The notes beneath the pieces were generated by a model. The model did not search any database, had not been told where the DNA came from, and saw only the letters and a program-made list of their open reading frames with translations. The translations under genes were made by a program, and so were the position numbers. DNA of 64,000 nt from Octopus vulgaris (lineage: Eukaryota): positions 46,686,001 through 46,750,000 of the forward strand of contig OX597815.1 in the NCBI GenBank assembly GCA_951406725.2, in the 5' to 3' direction. The first letter of the stretch is position 1; each line of letters opens with the position of its first letter. Shown in pieces: positions 1 to 13,650 of this stretch.

Positions 1-191
1 GAGCGACCTGATTATGTGTGTGTGTGTTTGTGTTATTAGTCTACTCACACCAATCACAAATGCTAGCAAATTTTAACTGCATTCAGTTTGATCAGTTTTT
101 CTCTGAAATTTACTGTAAAATGAATATTACTAGAAATTGTAGTATATAAACTAGGATCTTCCCATAAGCTCTTGGTTTATAAACTCTTCAC

Positions 192-774
192 CAGTAGTTC
201 TTGACTGTTTTTTTTTATCTATGGACCCTTCCAATGATTACTCTCTCTTTTACTTGTTTCAGTCATTTGTCTGTGGCCATGCTGGAGGACTGCCTTTAGC
301 CGAGCAAATCGACCCCAAGACTTATTCTTTGTAAGCCTAGTACTTCTATTGGTCTCTTTAGTCAAACTGCTAAGTTATGAGGGACATAAACACATCAGCA
401 TTGGTTGTCAAGCGATGTTGGGGGACAAACACAGACACACAAACATATATATGATGGGCTCCTTTCAGTTTTCATGTACCAAATCCACACACAAGGCTTT
501 GGTTGGCCTGAGGCTATAGTGGATGACACTTACCCAAGGTGTCACGCAGTGGGACTGAACCCAGAACCATGTGGTTGGTAAGCAAGCTTTTTACCACACA
601 GCCTATATAATTAAAGATATATATTTTAATAATTAAATATTAGGAATGGCATAAAAAGAGTAGAATATTTTGTGTTGTAGAAGTATAAGCTATTTATTGC
701 ATATCAATTTTAAAAAGAAAACCTTATATGGTGGACCTCCATGGGCCATATAAAGACCAGTTTGAGAACCCCAT
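192..774. mobile_element. hAT-type MITE interrupted by SINE A
   Basis: CAGTAGTTCTTGAC…TGGACCC left end and GTTTGAGAACC right end; a related end lies at about 46129-46260. Confidence 0.5.
241..603 (-). mobile_element. SINE family A copy nested in a hAT-like MITE
   Basis: Reverse complement of the family A consensus from tail to head. Confidence 0.8.
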
Positions 775-1700
775 GCTGAGAGGCAAGAGGGTTAACCTTG
801 TGATCTAGTTGTTATTGTAAGAATACACAAAATAGGTGCAGGCGTGGCCATCACTGCCTAACAACCAGTGTTGGGGTGTTTACGTCCCTGTAACTTAGTG
901 GTTCGGCAAAAGAAACAGAATAAGTACTAGGCTTAAAAAAGTTTTGGGGTTGATTTGACTAAAAAAAAAAAAAAACCTTCAAGGTTTGCTCCAGCTTGGC
1001 TGCAGTCAAATGACAAACAAAAGCATAAAAGAATATAAAACCATTTTACACTATCTTATAGCCAATGTGTTCATGTGCTTGTGTCTATGTATGTAAAGTG
1101 CAGTATGCAGTGTTTGTGCTTGTGCATTTTAGTATGTTTAGATTCACATGGCCACGAGAAATCTATAATCTAATTTCATGTAATAATACGATAATACGAT
1201 AATACTGTCAATAGCAAATTGACAATAACTTCCTAGAGATTGTTAACCAAGTTTTTAAACTTCATGCTGGTATGGGACTACCAGGAAAAAAAAAAAAAAA
1301 TGAAGGATTAAAAAGAGAGGAAGAAAAAAAAAAACCCCAAAAGACTACAAAGATGTTCAAAGAAATAACACACATTTCACCGAGCAAAGACTTTCACCAG
1401 CTTTCATACCAGATCTTACAAATTTCCTTAGATCTTTAAGAATTCTAGGATTTAATTAAGCTTTCTCTTTTTTTGGTCTCATAAGGGTGGTTTTCTTTTT
1501 TTTTTCTACATCTATTCTTAAACTTCATCTCATCTTCATTGTCATCATCATCATCATCATTATTATTATTATTCTAATTAACTTTGCTATTCTAACTATT
1601 GAATTTAAATATGTGCCAAGCAAATGACTACTAGTATAGGCGAAAATAGTGGAAACAAATACCAACATCAACAACAGCCACAAGATTAGTAAGACTTTAA

Positions 1701-1920
1701 CCCTTTCGTTACTAACCTGGCCAAAACTGGATCTGGTTCTGTGGTAAAATGTCTTGATTTCATAAGTTTTGAATTAAAATATTCCACCAAGCATTAGTCA
1801 CAATTTACGTTCCTAACACTAGCTTAATGATAACTAAGTTATTTTACTAAATTCTTTGTTATGTTTAAAATAATTGAAAGAAACACAGAGCATCTCAAAA
1901 TATATACAGTAATGAAAGGG
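1701..1920. mobile_element. piggyBac-type MITE
   Basis: TTAA|CCCTTTCGTTACT…AGTAATGAAAGGG|TTAA: TTAA target duplication and 13-bp TIR with 1 mismatch. Confidence 0.8.
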
Positions 1921-2019
1921 TTAAATGTCAACTGATACTTTGAATATTCTTGCAAGATTTCTCCGAGAAAAAAAACAAAAACATGGTAAACTTGTTATAT
2001 TAAGTCCTGATCATAAGTT

Positions 2020-2465
2020 TCATTATCACTGTTTAACGCCTGCTCTCCATGCTGGCATGGGTTGTAGGGTTTGATATGGAGCTGGCTAGCAGGGAGCTGT
2101 CCAGACTCCAACAGCTGGATGCCCTTCCTAATGCCAACCACTTAACAGAATTGCTGCGTGCTTTTTACATGTCACTGGCATGGGTGTGTTTATGGAGCAC
2201 TGGTATGGGTGCTTTTTAAGTGGCACCAGCACCTGAAGGGACAAGCCTGTATGCGCGCCAGACAGTTATTTTGCTTAGCTTGATGCGTTCTTTCAAGTAC
2301 AGCAAATCATTACATCTCCTGGTTCAGTGTCATTTCCTCAGTGAGGCCTAACATCTGAAGATCCTTTCTTTCCACTTCGTCCCACATCTTCCTGGCTCTA
2401 CTCCTTCCACAGATACCCTCCACAATTAGAGCAAAGCACTTCTTTATGCAGCTGTTCTCATCCAT
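2020..2465 (-). mobile_element. RTE-clade LINE 3' fragment
   Basis: Translation MDENSCIKKCFALIVEGICGRSRARKMWDEVERKDLQMLGLTEEMT resembles the RTE ORF C-terminus (…EG..GRGRP.KTW…V..DL), followed by a 3' UTR with GTGGTTGGCATTAGGAAGGGCATCCAGC. Confidence 0.75.
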
Positions 2466-2678
2466 AAAACTTAAAAAAAACGAAAATTTTTCACAAGAAT
2501 TTCACAATGTGGTAGATAAATTATTTGCGGTGGTCCAGGATGGCCACAGTCACAGCCTTAGGGCTGAAACATGTAAAAGAATAATATCATAGTGTGAAAT
2601 TTACTACAAAAGGAAGCAAGTCTCAAGCCTAACTTTCCTGCAATGAGAAAATGTGTGTGTGTGTGTGTGTGAGTGTGA

Positions 2679-2718
<40 letters not shown>

Positions 2719-2759
2719 AGGCTATGTTCATTCATAATGGGACCGGTCCGGAGTTATAT

Positions 2760-2960
2760 TTTCTTTTATTCGTCTCAGTCACTTGACTGCGGCCATGTCT
2801 TTAGTCAGGCAAATCGAACCCGGGACTTATTCTTTGTAAGCCTAGTACTTATTCTATCGGTTCTCTTTTGCCGAACCGCTAAGTTACGGGGACATAAACA
2901 CACCACCAACGGTTGTCAAGCGATGTTGGGGGACAAACACAGACACAAACATATATATAC

Positions 2961-2995
<35 letters not shown>

Positions 2996-3165
2996 CACGA
3001 CGAACTTCTTTCAGTTTCCGTCTACCAAATCCCCTCACAAGGCTTCGGTCGGTGGCCAGAGGCTACAGTAGAAGACACTTGCCCACGGTGCCACGCAGCG
3101 GGACTGAACCCGAAACTACGTGGTTATAAAGCGAGTTTCTTAAACACACAGCCATGTGTCTGCGC
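2760..3165 (-). mobile_element. SINE family A copy
   Basis: Reverse complement of family A including the internal (TA)n. Confidence 0.8.
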
Positions 3166-3733
3166 CCCCCCCCCCTCCGCCCACCAAGCCAAAAACATTA
3201 ATACCTAATTATAAAAGATACGTTAATCATACGAATCACAATACACACACATACACACACATCCATCGATCTTAACACTATAAATATAATAGAATAAATA
3301 AAATCAGTATAAAAAAAAACCCGGAACAACAACAACAACAATAACAAAAGGAAAGGACTAAATAATCGCAACAACAACCACAAACAAATACTATACTGTA
3401 AACCATGTTACATCAGTTGTTTCATTACCACGAAATCTAATAAAAACTGCCGTCCGCTCAGACACCATCACCACCACCACCACCATCGTCGTGTCCTCAT
3501 CATTGCTACAACTACAACAGCCGTAGCAGCAACTATAGTAACAACAACAACAACAGCGATCAGAAATGCTGTAACCGAGACAGCAGAGAAGGGAAAGACG
3601 TGGTGATTAGCCAGCGAGTGACTTTATTAAAGGAAACACACGTGCACACACATATATACACACACACGATCTTTAATTAACATTAGTAACGCTTATATGA
3701 GAGTCAATGACTGTCACGGAAACACACACACAT

Positions 3734-3785
<52 letters not shown>

Positions 3786-4420
3786 CATACGATAAAGAGA
3801 AATAGTTAATTAAAAAAAAAATGTAATTTCTTGGCCTGATGATCTCAGCTGAATTTATCGTGTGCAACATGTAGTGTAGTGTATGTATGTATGTATGTAC
3901 ATGTTTGTGAGTAGTTGTGTGTTTATGTGTGTGTACACGTGTCTGTAAGCACGTGTCTGTGTGTCAGCGTACACGCATGCGCGTGGAGAGGGAGAAAGAG
4001 AGCCCTCCAGAGGGTGTTTTCGTATGATCAATGCTTACAAAGTATCTTTCATGTCGCCATCCCCTTCTGCAAAAGTCTTCAATATCTGAAAGCCATTTTC
4101 TGATATCCCAAGAAATCTTCCGGAATAGGATATCACATACATTAACTACACCTTCTTTTCATAGGCTCTCCATATATGTTCCTGCGCATGTATTTATGTA
4201 CGTATGTGTGTATACATACGTATGTTCATAACCATATATGTTTGAGTAACACGAAAAAATGTATATGCATATTACAGACGCAGGCGCGGCTGTGTGGTAA
4301 AGAAGCTTGCTTCCCAACCACATGGTTCCGAGTTCAGTCCCACAGAATCCTACCTTACACCATAGCCTTGGGCCAACCAAACACTCGCGAGTGGATTTGC
4401 TAAACAGAAAGAAGCCCGTC

Positions 4421-4463
<43 letters not shown>

Positions 4464-4926
4464 TGTGTGTGTGTCAACTGGTGTTGGTATATTTACGTCC
4501 CCGAAACTTAGGGATTCTTTTGGCGATGAATGGTTTAAATTCAGTAGTTCGCCGGACAAATTATTGTATAGTCACCCCTTTACGCTTTGAATTAAAATTG
4601 CAGTACATTTTGCCTATTATTCTGAGTTCAAATCCCCCGAGGTCGACTTTACCTTTCATCCATTCGGGGTCGACAAAATAAAGTATCGGTGAAGTATTGC
4701 GCTCGATGTACTCGATTTATTCCCTACCCCGAAATTGCTCGCAATCTTAGCAGAGCCCTTAATACGACGGGCAAAATTCCGCCGAGAACGACTTTACCTT
4801 TCATCCTTCCGAGGTCGATAAAATAAGTACCAGTTGAATACTGGAGTCGATGTAATCGATTAATCCCCTCCCCCCAAAACTGCTGCCCTTGTGGCAAAAT
4901 TTGAAACCATTCTTCTTATAATTATT

Positions 4927-5400
4927 AAGGCAACGAGCTGTCAGAATCGTTATCACGTCGGGTGAAATGCTTAGCGGTATTTCGGCTGCCGAAGGCAGCG
5001 AGCTGGCAGAAACGTTAGCACGCCGAGCGAAATGCTTTGCGGTATTTCGTCCGCCGCTGCGTTCTGAGTTCAAATTCCACCGAGGTCGACTTTGCCTTTC
5101 ATCCTTTCTGGGTCGATTAAATAAGTACCAGTTACGCACTGGGGTCGATATAATCGACTTAATCCGTTTGTCTGTCCTTGTTTGTACTCTGTGTTTAGCC
5201 CCTTGTGGGTAGTAAAGAAATAGGTATTTCGTCTATCTTCACGTTCTGAGTTCAAGTTCCACCAAGGTTGACTTGGCTTTTCATCCTTTGAGAGTCGATA
5301 AATTACATACCAGTCGATTACTGAGGTAGATGTAATCGACTGGCTCCCTCCCCTAAAATTTCAGGTCTTTTGACTATAGTAGAAAGGATTATTATTATTA
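4927..5400 (+). mobile_element. Nested/dimeric SINE B
   Basis: Old head (4927-4991), then a complete young copy (4992-5222), then resumption at GGTATTTCGTCT with an older-type tail. Confidence 0.75.
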
Positions 5401-6698
5401 GAATTATTATTACTATTATTATTAAGGCGGCGAGGTGACAGAATCGTTAGCACGACGGCCAATGATTCTCAGCTTTTATCGTTCCAGGGTCGATAAAATA
5501 AGCACCATGTAAAGTGCAGGGCCCGTTCATTCGACATTACAAACATGCATCTATGTTAGATTTTTATTTATATATCTGTTCACATATATTACGGTGAACG
5601 GAAATAAAAGTCGCAGCAAGAGATATTACATTTCATTTAAATACCATAAATAAGAGTTAAAGTAATTAAAAACTATTTTAAGTCGCATTGTAATCACAGT
5701 AGTAACTCATTTCATATAATGACATCACATGTTTTCGAAAACTAAATGAAGTTTAATTATTAAATGTATAAAATTAATCTGGGATGAATTTTACAAAAGA
5801 ACATTAAATCACTAATTAATTGAAGTTTTGATGAAATTCTTTTTTTTTTTTAATTACGGGTTTATTATCTTTTGTTTCAGTCATTAGACTGCGGCCATGC
5901 TGGGGCACCGCCTAGTCGAACGAATCGACCCCAGTACTTAATTTTCTATAAGCCTGGTCTAGTGCTGAACTGGTACTTAATTTATCTACTCCAAAAGGAT
6001 GAAAGGTGAAGTCGATTTGAACTCAGAGCACGAAGACGGACGAAATGCTGCTAAGCATTTTGTCAGGCGTAGAACGATTCTGCCAGCTCGCCTCCTTATT
6101 ATGGGTGGAATAATGAAACGTCCACAACTCCTACAACAAGATTGAACTCGAGAACAGTGGCGTGAACTACATACGATACTTAATACAGAAACAGATTATA
6201 ATTTTACATACAAGGGAACCTTAACAAGGGTCTTTTGACATGCTAGAATTGACAGTCAAATCTGTACTGTCTCATTTTTTAAAAAGATAGGACGTACTGG
6301 ATATTGTCGCCCCCGACACACTTTGCTGAAAGAAAATAAAAAGCTATAAGACAGGATGGTCACGGTCGGAATGCTTTTTAATAGAAAGTACCGTAGTAGT
6401 TTTTAATAGAAAGCACCGTATAAAATAAGCTCATTATATCATCACGGGTCTTATTTGACCAGAGCTGACCTGAGCTGAACAACAACAATCACCACAGCTA
6501 TACGTACGATCGTTGGGATTTAAGTTTTTTGAATTCAGTATAAGAGGATTAGCAGGGATCGAGTTCTTATTGAGTGCATCGTCAGGTATAATACTACGTT
6601 ACACATGTGTAGAAGCACCAGGAACACTGAGAAACTGATGGAATGACGAGTCAGCGTGGGAGCCAACAGCAAAACCTCTGTTAAATAACGCCAGAGTG

Positions 6699-7032
6699 CA
6701 GCTGTACTCAACTACTATTTATGGACCCCTTTGATTATTATTCTATTCTAGTGGACCCTCATAGCCATTCAGTGTTTAAAAACTAGTTTTATAGATGCTT
6801 CTTTCAAAATTCTTATTTGTTTTTCACACAATTTCTACGGGTTGAAAATACGCAAAACGTTAGAGAAAGAAACCTAGCTGTTTCTTTACGATAAATACAT
6901 CTAAAGCAAAAATTTTCCATGGACCCTTCAAATACTACTGTGGACTCCCAATTTACTATTTTGTTTGCGCAGACCTCCCAAAAGTCTTACAAGGACCCCC
7001 ATGGATCATAACCCCTCCGTTGAAAACCGCTG
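6699..7032. mobile_element. hAT-type MITE
   Basis: Ends CAGCTGTACTCAAC…GTTGAAAACCGCTG (CAGTGGTTCTCAAC-like TIR); flanking 8-mers CCAGAGTG/CCCTAGTG match at 6 of 8; internal GGACCC sub-repeats. Confidence 0.6.
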
Positions 7033-9263
7033 CCCTAGTGGGACAAAAAGGGACTTTTTTTTTTACGTATTCAATGAAGAAAAGGGCAGTGTACATGCTT
7101 TATTTTTTCTTGGTGTTGGTAGTGATGCAGGAATGGCCCCCAAGACTGGTAGGCGAGAGCAACTTATCCTTAGCCTTGACCCAAATACATAACTGAGTGA
7201 AAACTGCTAAAGGTACCAAAGGAACAAGAAGAGGCACACAATTGGACGATAGATTAAAAAAAAAATCAAATGACGAATACCAGAAAACTGGAGGATTCTA
7301 CTGCTGTTGTCTTCTTCCAATCAGGACTCACGCCATTAGCCACAAAGAATAATCTCTAATTCGAGCCTACTCTAAGCTACTAAGAATGCATGTGACAACT
7401 TGAAGATCCACCCACCACACGCGATAGACTGGCGGTTATCAAGTCACGTTGTTATCCTCATTCTGTAAACGGTGGCTTTTAACGGGTGGAAAGCTGAACC
7501 ATCCTGGGGTACAGAGAATTCGCAATCTAGACTAGGGTCTGAAAGTTTACCACACCATAGTGGGTTACACCATGGTTCCTCTGCTTTGTGGCAGAAGTAG
7601 AAAGAAAGAGTGAGAGAAAGTCGTGGTGAAGCTTAGGTGTTTTTGCTCAATAAACACTCACAATGCCCAGTCTGGAAATCGAAACCGCGTTCTTACGACC
7701 GCGAGTCCGCTGCCCTAACCACAGGGCCATTGTGCCTCCACATTGCTGCTTTAGTAGTAGTTACAGTAGTATGGGTAGTAAGTACTAGTAGCATCAATAG
7801 TATTATTATTAGTAGACGAGCTGGCAGAATCGTTAGGACTCTGGACAAAATATTTAGCGGTATTTCGCCCATCGCTACGTTCAAATTTCGCCGAGGTCGA
7901 CTATGCCTTTTTCCTCCTTTTGGAGTCGATAAATTAAGTATCAGCTGCGTATTGGGGTCGATGTAATCGACTAAATCCCTACCTCCAAATTTCAGGCCTT
8001 GTACCTTTAGTAGAAAGGATTATTATTATTAGTAGAAGCAACTCTAGTATTATTAGTAGTAAACGGTAGTACAAGTGGTAGTGTAGTAACTGCAGCAGTA
8101 ATAATAATAATAGTAGTAGTAGTAGTTGTAATAGCAGCAGTATTATTAGTAATAATAATAGGAGTAGCAACAGTAGTAATAATAGTAGTATAAGAAGAAG
8201 GTGGAGGTAAAAGGGAGAGGGAAAAACGAGTTAGCCAAGAGGACATAAACACTAAGTTCAATGCCCTTCACACTGGAGTGTGACTAGTTTTTGGGGCATC
8301 GAACTTCGTGCTTACTCTCTTCCCCTGCCTATATACATCTATGAACCACAACGACCTCTGTCTATCTAGTTTGCGTGCGTGAGGAGCGGCGGTAAATTTG
8401 TCACTGGCAGATAAGGAATCTACGTGAACTCTCACCCGCCGCCATTTTCTTCTTTACCTTCCCCCATCGGCTGATATTTCACTGTCCTTAACTCTGATTT
8501 CGATGAAAAATTAGACCTACGAAACACTTAATCCTACCCCTGTCCTCCATTTCTTTCACAGGTAAACCTATTGTTTTAAAAAGGTGTGTGTGTGCGTGCG
8601 CACGCGCGCCTACATCTGTAAATCTACAGCGATCTGATTGTTGTTTAACTTGAGGTCAGCCCGTAATCCAGTAGACTTCTTGCAAGTGTTACTAATTATT
8701 CCACTTATCTTTATTTTCTATTCATGCATTATTTAAGTAATCCAAGATTACCTACTACCCCCCCCCCCTATGTATTCACCACCACCACCACTCCTCTAAG
8801 AAAACACGGCGTGATGTGAGAGTGATTTTCGTTGCTATTTCTTTCCAGTAGAGACACGATTTGATCTATTTCTCCGGCGGAATTTGCTAGTAATTTAACT
8901 GTTATGTCACATAAGACATTCTATCTGGATTGGACAGAAGGACGAGAAACAACACTCAGAAACTAAAATGAATAATATATTGATTTCAAATTTTGGCACA
9001 AGGCCAGCAATTTTGGTGGAGGGGTAAGTCGATTACATCGATCTCAGTACTAAACCGGTGCTTATTTTATCCGCCCACAAAAGACGATAGGCAGAGTGGG
9101 CAACGGCAGAGTTTCAACTCAGAACGTCAAGACGTGCTAACGATTCTGCCAGCTCACCTTTTGATTGAACTATATATGAAGATCAATCAACTGTTAAATA
9201 TCAAAGAGAACTAAAATATGCAGGAGAGGCGATAGTGTGTACGACACTTTACAGCAGGGGTCT

Positions 9264-9567
9264 CCTACATATATGTTGTGGCCCCCAGTTGATATGCAGT
9301 TCTAAGCATTTGGTTATATGCTAAGAATGGTATCATTTTTAAGTATATGGGGCAGAACTTCTTCAGGGTTATTATGAGCTTATAGAAGTCAGGTTAACAT
9401 CTAGGAATGATGCATACAGAATTCTGTATGCAAGAAAATGTTAACCTTACTTATAAGCTCATAATAACCCTGAAGAAATTCTGCCCATATGATACGATTC
9501 TTAGCATATGACCAAATGCTTAGAATTGCATATCAACTAGGAGCTAAAACTGGAACATGTATGTAGG
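9264..9567. repeat. ~300-bp fold-back (long inverted repeat, probable palindromic MITE)
   Basis: Arms pair almost throughout (e.g. CTTCAGGGTTATTATGAGCTTATA / TATAAGCTCATAATAACCCTGAAG); the centre is the perfect 22-bp palindrome TGCATACAGAATTCTGTATGCA at 9411-9432. Confidence 0.9.
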
Positions 9568-11269
9568 TCTTTTTCGCATCTCCCATTTTCTTTTTGTATT
9601 TTAATACTTGTAATTTATTTGTATTATTTTATTTTTATTTCAACATCTTTATATCATACAAATAAATTATTCATACATCCATCTTTCGCCATTTTCTTTC
9701 TTTCAATATGTATATATATATAAAACGACAGATAGGTGTCAGTCCATTACAGCTATATCCAACGAGTATTTTTATTGATTAATGAGTACGTTATATCATT
9801 ATAAAAAAACGTTTTCTTCAGATGAAAACACGAACCATGCTATTAAGGACATTAAAAAAGAAAAAAACATTTATAATCCACGGAAAGTGCATACTTTGTG
9901 ATTCTACGATCATATATGGGTTCGAAACGGCTGGAGTGTTTTTATTATAAGCACTAACTTGGGATAGTGACTATTCAATCTATTAGCTCCCTGATCCTCA
10001 GAAAATAAATAATTAAATTAGAGCCCTGTTTTTTGTCAAAAGAAATCCTTTTATAGCCGTGTGTGTGTGTGTGTGTATGTGTGCTTCTGGAATCAGAAGT
10101 TGTAATGCCCTGTAGATACACACATCTTCCTTTACACCTTGTAAGGATAACAAGTGTGCTGAAGCGTATCACCGTGTTTCAGTATTCACTTATATGCCGC
10201 GGGTATTCTACGTGTGTGTCAGTACCCATGTTTGTGTGTGTGCGTGACTGTCAGTACGCATATGTCTGTGTGTGTTGTGTTGTAGAAGAGTATTAAGGCG
10301 CATGCGCGGGTGTCTCTTTCAAAAGAGAGAGAGAGAAAAATCACAACGCAGAGCTTGTAGTTAACAAGGCCAAAACTGTAGATAAGACAAAGGTCAACAG
10401 GCAGCCACCTGGGTGTTCCACATAACCAATAATTTGGCCGTTAGGCTGTATGTTCATATTCATATACACGCACTCATAAATATATGCATAAGTGTGTATT
10501 GATATGAATCTGTGTGTGTTCGCCTTTTATGTAGTCGAGCATACTGTGACGTAGAATAACAAGGTAAGGCGAGGGGGGGGCGAGAGATGGGGTACGCACA
10601 ACGGATACATTATAATATTCGGGTGAAGGGGGCGGCGGCAGGGTATAGAGACGAGTGTATTAATAAATTGGGCTAGTTGCTGATGATAATGGTGGTGGTG
10701 GTGGTGGTAGGTTGTAAAGTTCATAACTACGTAATAGCAACAGCACCAGCAGAAGTTTTTGTTATGAAATTAAACAATCGCAGTCTTTCCATTCGTCTAA
10801 AATTGATCGCTCGACTTTGCTTGCTAAAAGTTGCAACCAAACTCCTCCTTTCATTATCAAACCCTACCGTTTCAATAATAACGTTTCTAATTTCGGAACC
10901 AGAAAAGCAATTTTGAAGGGCGGGTGCAAGTCGTTTACATCGTCATTAGTACTCGGCAAGTACATATCTATATTTTACCGACCACACTCAACTGGTACAT
11001 AAGGACTAGGAACGAATACTGCAAGGTATCTCCCCACGATTCTGGAACGACCGTCAATCTGTAGTAGTAGTAGTTTAATTGGCCACAGAAGACCCAAGAC
11101 GTTGGGAGCAGTACAAAAACTAGGATACAAGATTGAGGGTGTTTACATGAAATCAAGCAAAGAAATTGTCAGTAACATAGCATGACGAAAGCTCCGATCT
11201 AGTGCCAATCAAGGAACCCCATAAATCTAAGATTACTAAGCAAGAGGTTTATTTTCCCTGTCAATGACT

Positions 11270-11670
11270 TTCGAAAGATTAAATGTTCTTCAACGAAATG
11301 CATGCTGTGGATGAGATAGCTGAGGCATGGGAACAAGTGAAATCCTTGACTTTGGAAAGGCTAGAATGTATCCGTGACTCTACAAGTTTTCTACAAGTAG
11401 AAAGTCTACACGAAATTCAAAAAAATATTCTAACACTTGCAAATGAAGATTTGAAGACGTCATTGAGGATAATTGTGGTCGAATCGATAGTGTCCTATAG
11501 AGAAAGTTTAACAAACGGGGAGTTATGCTGTTCGAACAAAATTAAACTGCGAATACAGATGAGACTAGAGAAATTCCTTTACCTTCACTTAAATTCACTG
11601 CAGAGAATACTGCTAAGGGGTTGGCACTTATACAAGAAGGGCTAAAAGGTTTTGCTGATAACATTTCTAA
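11270..11670 (+). pseudogene. Tigger/pogo-like DDE transposase C-terminal fossil
   Basis: FNEMHAVDEIAEAWEQVK…IQKNILTLA…SY.ESLTN.EL and, after a frameshift, KFTAENTAKGLALIQEGLKGFADN resemble the Tigger transposase C-terminus (FNI.DAI..I..AW.EV…ELTNEDL). Confidence 0.6.
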
Positions 11671-12030
11671 ACATAAAAATAATATAAAAATTACACGGTT
11701 ACAATGAGCTCTCTTCCAACACTGAACTGTATACAAAGATAGAACATGCGTTAAACAATTTTGGATAGGTAGATGTTGATGAAGCTTAATTCGAAGGTAG
11801 TATTCCTCATCCTTTCAATAATTCTCTTTCCACCACCAGTATCTCTCACACAGTAGCCAACATCTTTTTTGGTAAAAACGTACCCTACAACGATATTCGG
11901 GTTCTAATTTCCCAACGCATTTCTCTTCAAATGATTTTTATATATACATATTGTAACTGCATATAGTTAGATATTGTTACTTTCATGCATGAAAGTCGTC
12001 ATGTTGCTCGTTGTTTTGTGTGTGTGCATG

Positions 12031-12076
<46 letters not shown>

Positions 12077-12079
<3 letters not shown>

Positions 12080-12250
12080 CGCAGGAGTGGCTGTGTGGCA
12101 AGTAGCTTGCTAACCAACCACATGGTTCCGGGTTCAGTCCCACTACGTAGCATCTTGGGCAAGTGTCTTCTGCTATAGCCCCGGGCCGACCAATGCCTTG
12201 TGAGTGGATTTGGTAGACGGAAACTGAAAGAAGCCTGTCGTATATATGTA

Positions 12251-12302
<52 letters not shown>

Positions 12303-12535
12303 TGTGTGTGTGTGTATATGTTTGTGTGTGTGTTTGTCTCCCTAGCATTGCTTGACAACCGATGCTGGTGTGTTTACGTCCCCGTCACTTAGCGGTTCGG
12401 CAAAAGAGACCGATAAAATAAGTACTCGGCTTACAAAGAATAAGTCCCGGGGTCGATTTGCTCGACTAAAGGCGGTGCTCCAGCATGGCCGCAGTCAAAT
12501 GACTGAAACAAAAAAAAAGAAGAAAAAAAAGAGTA
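12077..12535 (+). mobile_element. SINE family A, representative full copy (tRNA-like head, ACCTTGGGCAAGT CORE-like motif, internal (TA)n(TG)n, tail ending CAGCATGGCCGCAGTCAAATGACTGAAACA)
   Basis: About 20 full or partial copies: 241-603(-), 835-1030(+), 2760-3165(-), 4277-4510(+), 5865-5960(-), 19615-19720(+), 22045-22430(-), 23775-23940(+), 24352-24900(+), 31570-31950(+), 34199-34590(+), 43676-44085(+), 46290-46445(+), 47040-47260(+), 47955-48345(+), 54590-54975(+), 59438-59950(-), 60772-60980(-), 61050-61225(+), 61667-62035(+), 62748-62925(-). Confidence 0.85.
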
Positions 12536-12687
12536 TATATATATATATAATTTTCAAAAAAATCCGTCGGAACGCATTATCATTTTATGACATGAAGATC
12601 AATGGAAATAATTTTAAGTAACGGTATTCCGTGTAAACGAAACAAGGGCTGATTAGCTTATAATGGCTTGGAGACGTATAACACATA

Positions 12688-12965
12688 AAAACAAGAGCAC
12701 TCAGAGCACAAACCACCGCCAAATTTTTAAAATGAGAATATCTGAAATAAACTCGACTGTTCTCACAAACGAGAATACTAAAAATGAACCCGACCGCTCT
12801 CAAAAATTAAGTAAAAAACAAAAATAATAATCCAGAATTCTTGTCAGATACCGGATCAATTCCCAAATCTAATCAGTTCGTGCCAGTCACGGGGCCAAAC
12901 ATCCCTGAAAGTTTCATCCGAATCCATCCAGTGGTTCTTGAGATATCTTGTCCACGGATAGCAAA
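12688..12965 (+). mobile_element. Helentron/HINE-like non-autonomous element fragment
   Basis: Starts AACAAGAGCACTCAGAG…CCGCCAA and contains AAGTTTCATCCGAATCCATCCAGTGGTTCTTGAGATATC; the resemblance is from recall only. Confidence 0.4.
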
Positions 12966-13650
12966 GACGGAGATAATGAAGTCAAACCAAATATTGATAT
13001 TTTGAATGCATTTAATACGCACGTTTCAGATCACTGCACAAAAGAGAGAAAGGAACTCATCTTTCACACAGCATCTTCGTCAGTTAAGATATTTCGAAAT
13101 ATGAACGATAGTGCAAATACACCCTTTATATGCAATACAGCCTCGGGTGGTTTATATCAAGGTAGCCCATCTACTAGAAGAGGAAAGGACATAGCTTGAA
13201 AAATAGAACAGTATAGAAGGGAAGTAGAAAGAAAGTGTAAAAAAGAGGAAGGAAACAGCGAATGAAATATATAAACAGACAAATGAAAACCTCAACAAGA
13301 ACAGAATCACCATTCTGAAGCGTACTTGTACTAACCCGCACATCTAATATGAGAAAAGGGGACAACAAAGAACGGAAGATATATACACACAAACGGAGGT
13401 GGTGAGAGGGGCCAAGTGAACAAAGAGAAATTCGACTTGCTAAAAATAACAGCCGAACTTCACTTATACAGGGTGCCCATAAACCTTCACAAGTTGCACA
13501 GTTCATTGAACTAAGTAAAAATGAAACCCATCAATCAACTTCTTTGCATGTTAAATAAATACCAATAAAGTGTTGTGATGCTTGTAATAGAACTATGTGT
13601 TTGCCTTACCCTTAGTTTTCAGTTCTTTTTTCCTGGTGTATTTTTCAAAT

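Noticed and set aside
12948-13199. 83-aa ORF with ordinary composition
   Set aside because: Starts at a TTG inside a repeat fragment; no recognisable motif or convincing splice signals.
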